A stretch of DNA of 34,014 nucleotides from Deltaproteobacteria bacterium (GTDB taxonomy: Bacteria > Desulfobacterota > Dissulfuribacteria > Dissulfuribacterales > UBA3076): assembly GCA_030606515.1 (NCBI GenBank), contig JAUWGF010000002.1, forward strand, positions 1-34,014, read 5' to 3'. Each line of letters starts with the position of its first letter. Positions within the stretch are counted from its first letter, which is position 1. A program made the translations under genes and the position numbers. Under the pieces are notes generated by a model that was not told the origin of the DNA, made no database searches, and saw only the letters and a list, made by a program, of their open reading frames with translations. This document shows positions 17,043 to 24,174 of the stretch, in pieces.

Positions 17043-18146
17043 GTGTACAGCGTAAAAATCTACGGCGCCGGTTCTATCGGCAACCATTTGGCACATGTCT
17101 GCCGTACCAAGGGGTGGGATGTTCTTATATGCGACATTGACCATGATGCACTGAAACGAACACGCGAGGACATATATCCGTCCCGCTATGGACGCTGGGA
17201 CCCGGACATACTCCTTTCAGAGGCAGATACTGGCTCAGGTGAAGGTTTTGACATGGTCATAATAGGCACCCCTCCGGACACCCACATTAGTGTGGCAACC
17301 AGGGTGTTGGAAAACAACCCACCGAAAGTATTGCTTATTGAGAAGCCTTTGTGTACGCCCTCTCTCGATGGGGTCCAGAGGATTGTCGACCTTAAAAAGG
17401 CCACCGGGACATTCGTTGCGGTCGGTTATAACCATAGCCTGACCGAGAATTCCAGGCGCGCGGCCCGGATTCTTGCAAAAAACACGATTGGCGATCCGAT
17501 CACTATCAGCGCCTGTTTCAGGGAACATTGGGGCGGTATTTTCACCGCCCATCCATGGCTGAGCGGCCCCAAGGACACCTACCTCGGTTTTTCTGAACGT
17601 GGAGGCGGAGCTGGCGGAGAACATTCTCACGCCATAAACATCTGGCAGCGGTTTGCCCATCTTGTTAACGCTGGAAGGATCGTTGAGGTATCCTCCACAA
17701 TGGATGTGGTAGTAGATGGTATTGTTAAATATGACCGGATTTGTCTGCTGAATGTCAAGACCCAGGCTGGTCTCGTGGGAGACATCGTCCAGGATGTGGT
17801 TACTGAGCCCCCGCAAAAAAAGGTGAGAATTCAAGGCTCCAACGGCTTTCTGGAATGGTTTGTCAATCTTGATGGCGGACATGATGCCGTGCGTTACTGG
17901 GATGGAAAAGGAGAGATCATAGAAGAAACAATTCAAAAAACGCGTCCCGACGACTTCAAAGGAGAGATAGACTTTATTGAAGTTATCCTGAACGGAGGGG
18001 ATCCAGCGGACGCTCCCATATCGCTTGAGAGGGGGCTTGAGACCATGCTGGTTATAGCTGCTGCTTATGTCTCCCATCGACACAAGAGAACCGTGAGGAT
18101 CAACTATGACGGGGGATACGGACCCGAGGCCTTTGAGATATCCTAA
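17043..18146 (+). CDS. Gfo/Idh/MocA-family NAD(P)-dependent oxidoreductase
   Basis: GTG at 17043 is preceded by AAAGGAG. N-terminal dinucleotide motif KIYGAGSIGNH. MVIIGTPPDTHISVATRVLENNPPKVLLIEKPL is the family's hallmark block. Confidence 0.7.
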   Translation: MYSVKIYGAGSIGNHLAHVCRTKGWDVLICDIDHDALKRTREDIYPSRYGRWDPDILLSEADTGSGEGFDMVIIGTPPDTHISVATRVLENNPPKVLLIEKPLCTPSLDGVQRIVDLKKATGTFVAVGYNHSLTENSRRAARILAKNTIGDPITISACFREHWGGIFTAHPWLSGPKDTYLGFSERGGGAGGEHSHAINIWQRFAHLVNAGRIVEVSSTMDVVVDGIVKYDRICLLNVKTQAGLVGDIVQDVVTEPPQKKVRIQGSNGFLEWFVNLDGGHDAVRYWDGKGEIIEETIQKTRPDDFKGEIDFIEVILNGGDPADAPISLERGLETMLVIAAAYVSHRHKRTVRINYDGGYGPEAFEIS

Positions 18147-18177
18147 TAAGTGCCCGTCCGGAAACAAGGTAAATTTT

Positions 18178-19701
18178 ATGCACAACTTTAATTTTAACGA
18201 TCTGTTTATTCTCGATCTTGCCAACAACCACCAGGGCGACATGAAGCATGCCCTCAACATCATTAATGCAATGGGTAATGTAACCAGAAAGGCCGGTGTC
18301 CGTGCCGCTTTCAAGTTTCAATTCAGGCAATTGGATACCTTTATTCATCCGGATTACAAACAGAGAAAGGATGTAAAACATATCCCGAGATTCATGGAAA
18401 CGGCCTTGACCGCACAGCAATACGAGACACTTACTAAAGCCGTCATTAAGAATGGGATGCATACGATATGCACCCCGTTTGACGAAGAATCCGTGGACGT
18501 TATCCTTGATTTGGGCATTGAAATTATCAAAGTGGCCAGTTGTTCCGCAAGTGACAGGCCTCTTATTGAACGGATTACCCAGGTGAACAAACCCGTCATT
18601 GTCTCAACTGCAGGGTTAAGCATGGACAAGATAGACAGGCTGGTGAGTTTTCTCGAATCAAGAAACATGCACTTTGCCTTGATGCACTGTGTGGCCATCT
18701 ATCCTACGCCGAACGACAAGCTGAGATTGAATCAGATCAACGTGCTGAAAGAGCGGTTCCCGGACGTGCCCATTGGGTTCTCCACCCATGAGGACCCTGA
18801 CAACTACGCGGCCATTCAAATTGCTTATGGAAAGGGCGCAAGGCTGTTCGAAAGGCACGTAGGAATGGAGACAGAAGAACATAAGTTAAACAGATATTCC
18901 TCCAGACCTGAGCAAATCGCCCGATGGATTGAGGCACACAAACAGGCCGTAGCGGCCTGTGGCGGAAAGCATCGCAGCCCTGCCTCTCCTGAAGAGATTG
19001 CCTCTTTACGCTCACTCATGCGTGGGGTATTCGCAAGGGAGGAGATCAAGAAAGGTGATAAGCTTAAGAGGGACAGGGTCTATTTTGCAATGCCGCTCAG
19101 TGACGGCCAGCTTACAAGTGGCGACTGGTTTGATGGGGTTGAGGCTGACAAGGATTATTCTCCGCACGAGCCTGTAAATATGGCTGTTGCCAACACTGTA
19201 TTGCCCCCGGAAGAGATAATTTACCGCATCATGCTTCAGGTGAAAGGGATGCTCCACAAGGCGAGGATACATATCGGAAAGGACAGCTCCATTGAGTTGT
19301 CCCACCACTATGGTCTTGAACGGTTCAGGGAATTCGGTGCGGTCATCATGAACTGTATCAACCGCAAGTATTGCAAAAAACTAATCATCCAGCTTCCCAG
19401 ACAGAAACATCCCTACCATTTTCATAAAAAAAAGGAAGAAACATTCCAGTTGTTATACGGGGATTTGGAGGTAGAACTGGACGGAAAAAGGATCAAACCG
19501 CAGATAGGGGATACTATTCTGGTAAGACCTGGTGAATGGCATAAATTCCATACCCTTGATGGTGCAATTTTTGAGGAAGTGAGTACCACCCACTTTGATA
19601 ATGACTCTTTCTATGAGGATGATAGGATAGCAAGACTCCCCAGGGAGGCGAGGAAAACAGTCATCTCCAAATGGAATGTAATTGAAAAGCAGGCATCCTA
19701 A
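18178..19701 (+). CDS. NeuB-family ulosonic acid (sialic-acid-like) synthase with SAF region and a C-terminal cupin domain
   Basis: Blocks align to E. coli NeuB: LANNHQGD, KFQFR, CTPFDEESVD, KVASCS, IVSTAGLSMDKI, MHCVAIYPTP, IGFSTHE, FERHVG. A SAF-like region follows (EIKKGDKLKRDRVYFAMP). The C-terminal cupin is HPYHFHKKKEETFQLLYG...GDTILVRPGEWHKFH...EDDRIAR. Confidence 0.8.
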   Translation: MHNFNFNDLFILDLANNHQGDMKHALNIINAMGNVTRKAGVRAAFKFQFRQLDTFIHPDYKQRKDVKHIPRFMETALTAQQYETLTKAVIKNGMHTICTPFDEESVDVILDLGIEIIKVASCSASDRPLIERITQVNKPVIVSTAGLSMDKIDRLVSFLESRNMHFALMHCVAIYPTPNDKLRLNQINVLKERFPDVPIGFSTHEDPDNYAAIQIAYGKGARLFERHVGMETEEHKLNRYSSRPEQIARWIEAHKQAVAACGGKHRSPASPEEIASLRSLMRGVFAREEIKKGDKLKRDRVYFAMPLSDGQLTSGDWFDGVEADKDYSPHEPVNMAVANTVLPPEEIIYRIMLQVKGMLHKARIHIGKDSSIELSHHYGLERFREFGAVIMNCINRKYCKKLIIQLPRQKHPYHFHKKKEETFQLLYGDLEVELDGKRIKPQIGDTILVRPGEWHKFHTLDGAIFEEVSTTHFDNDSFYEDDRIARLPREARKTVISKWNVIEKQAS

Positions 19702-19737
19702 TGTGAGTTTTTAGCTACGTTTCATAACGAGGGTTAT

Positions 19738-20370
19738 GTGGGAATACAAGTAATTGTCTTTGACTTTGACGGAACGCTTATTGACTCAAACCAGTTAAAA
19801 TACGATGCGTATTTTAAACTGTTCCCAGACAATGACCGCCATGCCTCAATCATTCGTGTGGTCCTTTCTGAAATATTTGAACAAAGCCGTTACGTCATCC
19901 TGAAAGAGATTCTCCTGAGACTTGGTTACAGGAGGGATGCGCTTTTAAGGGAAAAAGTCAAAGAGCTGGCCGGGTTTTACAACGCAGTTGTTGTGGCAGG
20001 GGCAAAAACCTGCCCGGAGAAGGCAGGAGCGGAAGAGGCGCTCAGAAAATTTTCGTCGGCATATGGACTATACGTGAGTTCCACCACCCCTGATGCCAAT
20101 CTGAAAGAGATTGTTCGATTCAGAAAATGGGATGGCTATTTTCGTGCCGTGTTTGGATGGCCGAATGAAAAGCATGAGACACTCCGGCGTATCATTGCAT
20201 TAGAAGGGTTGAAAAACGCTCAGGTGCTTGTCGTGGGAGATGGAGAATCCGATAGAGAATCAGCGATGAAAAACGGATGCCCTTTTCTCTTTGTTAACGA
20301 ACGGTTTCGATTCGAGGACCTCGGGAATGCCATGGATGGTCTGTGTATATCAAATTGGACAAAAGGATAA
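19738..20370 (+). CDS. HAD-superfamily phosphatase
   Basis: GTG start. Motif I is VIVFDFDGTLIDS and motif IV-like is VVGDGESD. A cap-domain-sized insert lies between them. Confidence 0.75.
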   Translation: MGIQVIVFDFDGTLIDSNQLKYDAYFKLFPDNDRHASIIRVVLSEIFEQSRYVILKEILLRLGYRRDALLREKVKELAGFYNAVVVAGAKTCPEKAGAEEALRKFSSAYGLYVSSTTPDANLKEIVRFRKWDGYFRAVFGWPNEKHETLRRIIALEGLKNAQVLVVGDGESDRESAMKNGCPFLFVNERFRFEDLGNAMDGLCISNWTKG

Positions 20371-20373
20371 TCA

Positions 20374-21117
20374 GTGCTTGAAAACAAGACCATACTGGTG
20401 GTAGTACCCGCACGCGGTGGGAGCAAGGGCATGAAACTGAAAAACATCCGCAAACTGAACGGTGTTCCCCTCGTTGTCCTTGTCGGACGTGTGGTAAAAC
20501 AGATTCCATACGTGGACAGGGCGGTCGTTTCGACGGATCATGAAAAAATAGCTCAAATAGCAAAGGAAAGCGGCCTGGACGTGCCCTTTATGCGGCCAAA
20601 GGCTTTGTCCGGGGATTTTGTGGGTGACTGGGAGGTGCTCAATCATGCCTTGCTGGAATGCGAACAAATCGATGGAAGACAGTATGATGTCATAGTAATG
20701 CTGCAGCCGACTTCTCCCTTGCGTCAACCAGACCATGTGACGGCATCCATAGAGAAACTCATCAAAGGGGGTTTTGATGCCGTATGGACCGTCAGCGAGA
20801 CAGACGCCAAGGCGCATCCCCTGAAACAGCTTGTAATTCGAAAGGACAACCTGGATTATTATGACCCAGCCGGGGCGAACATAATTGCCAGACAGCAGCT
20901 TACGCCGGTGTACCACAAAAACGGCGTGGCATACGCCATTACCCGGGATTGTATCATCAATAAAAAAAGCATCAAAGGTGATAAGACATCATTTATTTTA
21001 ATCAATGAAATCATGGCAAACATTGATACTGAGTTTGATTTAAGACTGGCTGAATTTATCATTAAGCTGGGTGGCAATTCGAGCCAGCAACCATCCAAGG
21101 CTTCAGGGCACATTTGA
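20374..21117 (+). CDS. Acylneuraminate (CMP-ulosonic acid) cytidylyltransferase, NeuA/KdsB family
   Basis: GTG start 3 nt after the HAD stop. N-terminus ILVVVPARGGSKGMKLKNIRKLNGVPLV, followed by MLQPTSPLR. Both are signatures of the family. Confidence 0.85.
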   Translation: MLENKTILVVVPARGGSKGMKLKNIRKLNGVPLVVLVGRVVKQIPYVDRAVVSTDHEKIAQIAKESGLDVPFMRPKALSGDFVGDWEVLNHALLECEQIDGRQYDVIVMLQPTSPLRQPDHVTASIEKLIKGGFDAVWTVSETDAKAHPLKQLVIRKDNLDYYDPAGANIIARQQLTPVYHKNGVAYAITRDCIINKKSIKGDKTSFILINEIMANIDTEFDLRLAEFIIKLGGNSSQQPSKASGHI

Positions 21118-21263
21118 TCAGACCGTCTTGGACCTCCCATTTTTGGATCCCCCGCCACCCCTGGTTGCCAGGTTGATAGTCTGACCGGAGGATAATCAAA
21201 AATATGACGGCGCGAAATATCAAGATGTTCGGCATCTTAAAAAGCCTCGGCCACGATATCATC
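21108..21263 (+). pseudogene. Relic copy of the leader plus internally deleted 5' part of the 24175..25569 gene
   Basis: 21115-21203 matches 24086-24174 with 5 mismatches in 89 nt by eye. 21204-21263 matches 24355-24414 with 2 mismatches in 60 nt. The junction is the 7-nt word ATGACGG, which occurs at both 24175 and 24355. That corresponds to an in-frame 180-nt deletion. Confidence 0.75.
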
Positions 21264-21330
21264 AGGTTAATGAGTTTCCAAATTTCTGGTCATAATTTTC
21301 AGGAAAGTCTCTACGTTGGGTTTGGAGTGC

Positions 21331-22032
21331 ATGAAGATTAGTGGAGAGTTTAATTTTTTGGCGGCTGGGAGATATTTTATAGCCCTTGATATGCCGCAAA
21401 GAGAGTCTGTGATTAAATTTCTAAGACCCGATGGGCCATTGACTGTCCGGCAAAAAGGGTGGCAGGAATGGTTGCTTGAGCATTTTCGCAGGGCAAAACG
21501 CATTAAGAAGGCCGCTATGGCTGGTCGGGTTTTTCGTATGCTTTATCAGTCAGAGACTATCGATATTTTTCCTTGTTTTCCCGAAACGGAGATTGTCGAC
21601 GAAGTCGATGTTAGTTTTGTATGGGAGGGTCAGACTAACCGGTATCAGGGCCCTGCCTACATTCAACGCCGGGTCGAAGTATTTGGTAATAATACGCCCC
21701 TAGATTCGTTTAATTGGGATGCAATTATTGAAGTCCAGCACTATCTGTGGAGGTCTGGCGTTGGTCTGGGAAGCGGTGCGGAGACCTGGGGACCAAAAAA
21801 CTGGTGTCGCACGAAACAAGATAAGGTCCGGCTGGCTGATCTCAGTAGCTTGACCCAGGACAAGAAACGTGTAGGTAAACGTCTGAACAGTGCAATACGT
21901 CAAAAGCGCCGACAGCAACTGGGACGATTCCAGCCGGTTCGGTGCCGGGAGCACATCGATCCATACCTTGCATATATTGGGGAATATCTTAACCGAGAAT
22001 CGCTTAACCAACTATGGAGAGTGGGATTCTAA
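21331..22032 (+). CDS. Hypothetical protein (orphan, 233 aa, basic C-terminal third)
   Basis: Open frame with GGAG upstream of the ATG at 21331. I recognise no family motif. Coding status rests only on ORF length and the lack of a competing ORF. Confidence 0.4.
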   Translation: MKISGEFNFLAAGRYFIALDMPQRESVIKFLRPDGPLTVRQKGWQEWLLEHFRRAKRIKKAAMAGRVFRMLYQSETIDIFPCFPETEIVDEVDVSFVWEGQTNRYQGPAYIQRRVEVFGNNTPLDSFNWDAIIEVQHYLWRSGVGLGSGAETWGPKNWCRTKQDKVRLADLSSLTQDKKRVGKRLNSAIRQKRRQQLGRFQPVRCREHIDPYLAYIGEYLNRESLNQLWRVGF

Positions 22033-22297
22033 CCGGTTATTTGAGTTATGTTTCGTGATCAGCAATTCACGGTGAAAGCCTATTTTATGTAGATTGCGAA
22101 GCCGTCGCCGTTTCTGGATGCTATCCCGGAAGATCTGTGCAGCACGTTGGACCGCATAAAACCAACGCTTTTTCCCTGTTGTCAAGGCCACGTCATTTCA
22201 CCTACGTTGACGTTTTCCTGACCCTGAATCCTTTAGCCTTGAACCTGGGTATTTACAGCAATTCTTTCGAAAAGAACCAAGAGCCAGGAGGTCTGAA

Positions 22298-22834
22298 ATG
22301 ATTCGATTATGCACATTTCGTTCAATCAGCACTTACATTTTTATCCTTGTTTGCGTCATGATGGCTGTTCCATCCAAGTCCTTTTCCAAAGATCTAGAGA
22401 CCAGACATGTATTTAGGATCGAACGGAGCAAGAATGCCAATATCGTTCAATATGACGTTCAGTTGACACCTGACGGAAAGATCTATTCGAAGGAAGCAGT
22501 AATTGCCTACTGGATCAGACTGGCTAAGGACGGACAGCGAAAGGAACTCTCATCCACTCAAAGAAGGTGGGCCTATGGGTTTAAGACCAAATACGACGCC
22601 AAGGGCAACTTCGCTATCCTAGAGATGAGGGCTAAAATCGGTCGAAAAATCAAGGTCTATCCGGTAGATAGTGTATATCGCGGAGAGACCAGGATCGACG
22701 ACCAACCGGCCTTTATTGAGAAAATCTATATTACAACGATTGAAGGTGGAATGCTTCCAAAGGTTCAATCCATTGGGTTGTATGGGAAAGACATATTAAC
22801 AGGTGAGGACAGGTACGAGAACATCAAGCCTTAG
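22298..22834 (+). CDS. Small secreted protein, possibly DUF4833-like
   Basis: A strong AGGAGG lies 7 nt upstream. The N-terminus is a hydrophobic signal-like segment (ISTYIFILVCVMMAVPSKSFS). The blocks FRIERSKNANIVQYDV and AYWIRL..DGQRKEL...R.WAYG resemble my memory of DUF4833. The family call is tentative. Confidence 0.5.
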   Translation: MIRLCTFRSISTYIFILVCVMMAVPSKSFSKDLETRHVFRIERSKNANIVQYDVQLTPDGKIYSKEAVIAYWIRLAKDGQRKELSSTQRRWAYGFKTKYDAKGNFAILEMRAKIGRKIKVYPVDSVYRGETRIDDQPAFIEKIYITTIEGGMLPKVQSIGLYGKDILTGEDRYENIKP

Positions 22835-22897
22835 GCAACCCAAAATATTAAGAATTCGATAGAATTTTTCCTTAATCGGTTGGAAAGGCTGAGCTTA

Positions 22898-23791
22898 CTA
22901 TTCTTCTTTTTGAATCTCCTTTTGCAGTTTTTCGGAGCCCCACGAGTACACAATTCCCACTCCCGCCAGGAACTGATTTTCGTCGTCAACAATGGGGCTG
23001 TCCGAAGCGTCACCAATTAGCCGCTTGTATTGGAGGCTAAGCGCGAGTCTCAAATTTTTCCGAAGACGGATGCCGGAAGTCAGTTTGATCCCGATGTCTT
23101 TTATACCGGAGTCGGCATCGAATTCCTTGAGCCCTGATCGTGCTGACTCTTTTGCACTGACACCGAAAAAGTTTTCCATGTAATCATCGCTTGCCCACGT
23201 GGTCTGTAACATTGCAAGGAACAAGGGCTTATCAAACGGGATTCCAACCCCGGCGCCCGCTTCTATGAGAGCACCCTCATGACCAGAGCCTGTGTCTTGA
23301 CGGATATCCAACTCGAAGCGGAATGGCTTTTTCCTGTATTTGACAAAACCACCGACAGCGAAGCCGCCGTCTACATCGTCTAGACCTTCGAGCTTGTCAT
23401 TGTCGTCCTCATCCCGGCCAGAACTCTTTGCGACGAGTGGGCCAGCTCTCCAGGCACCCCGCCTCAGGAGGTTCGCACCAAGAGTCTTCCCTTTGAACCA
23501 GATCAAGTCTTTCCAGGTGATGGAAATGTCTGGACCCATGCCAAACTCATAGTCGTTGGAACCTTCGTAATCGGGGGATACGCCGCCGATAACACCGACC
23601 TTCACCACCCAGTTGCGAAGGCGATCCTCCGGGTCCTCGTAGCCCGGGGCTTCATCTATGTCTTCCGCCACCTCTTCCCAAACGTCAGCTTTGTCAATGG
23701 TGTTGTCGGACTTTGCGGTGTTGACATGGAGTATAAAGTTGAATAAAAGAGCCACCATACAGATAATAGGGAAACAAATAGATCGACTCAT
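22898..23791 (-). CDS. MipA/OmpV family outer-membrane protein
   Basis: Signal peptide present. FFGVSAKESARSGLKEFDA closely matches E. coli MipA YYGVSRKESARSGLRGYNP. The GDASDSPIV block and the C-terminal aromatic residue are typical. GAGGG lies upstream of the ATG. Confidence 0.75.
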   Translation of the reverse strand: MSRSICFPIICMVALLFNFILHVNTAKSDNTIDKADVWEEVAEDIDEAPGYEDPEDRLRNWVVKVGVIGGVSPDYEGSNDYEFGMGPDISITWKDLIWFKGKTLGANLLRRGAWRAGPLVAKSSGRDEDDNDKLEGLDDVDGGFAVGGFVKYRKKPFRFELDIRQDTGSGHEGALIEAGAGVGIPFDKPLFLAMLQTTWASDDYMENFFGVSAKESARSGLKEFDADSGIKDIGIKLTSGIRLRKNLRLALSLQYKRLIGDASDSPIVDDENQFLAGVGIVYSWGSEKLQKEIQKEE

Positions 23792-24085
23792 ATGAACCCT
23801 CTACTATTTAACTTGCTCAACTCTTATTAAGACTCCTTATTAAAATGAAGGAGCGTCAGGCCTCCAGATATACTTCTGGGACCTTGTCCTTGACTACACA
23901 AGACTTTCATCAACCAAGAGCGCGATTAATGCTGGAGGATGATTAATGAGAAGCATATTCGGATAAGATCAAATAAAATGCCTTTTTGAAAACTATTATG
24001 GCGTATTTGGGTTTGTTGTCAAGAATAACCCCTACCTATAACAGAAAGTTTTTCCGTAGGCAGTGGTTCCATAGTTATGCGCATC

Positions 24086-24174
24086 TGATCAGACCGTCTT
24101 GGACTTCCCATTTTGGGATCCCCCGCCACCCCTGGCTACCAGGTTGATAGTCTGACCGGAGGATAATCAAGAAT
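24086..24174 (+). promoter_or_regulatory. Conserved 89-nt leader upstream of paralogue 2 (candidate cis-regulatory RNA)
   Basis: It is duplicated at 21115-21203 at about 94% identity. It contains CCTGG-N3-CCAGG, and TCAGAC...GTCTGA as a possible closing stem. A C(C/T)TCC word could pair with the GGAGG Shine-Dalgarno. Confidence 0.35.

Noticed and set aside
17235-18314. 359-aa ORF on the minus strand, the longest unexplained ORF in the track
   Set aside because: It lies entirely antisense to the oxidoreductase and the NeuB-like gene, both of which have strong family motifs. Its translation is Ser/Gly/Pro/Arg-rich with no recognisable motif. It is a typical shadow ORF.
22093-22221. Short frame encoding IAKPSPFLDAIPEDLCSTLDR..., reminiscent of the PSRFL.EIPE.L C-terminal motif of UvrD/Rep-type helicases
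   Set aside because: Only about a 12-residue resemblance. There is a stop immediately upstream and no further helicase motifs that I could follow in neighbouring frames. It is too weak to call a pseudogene.
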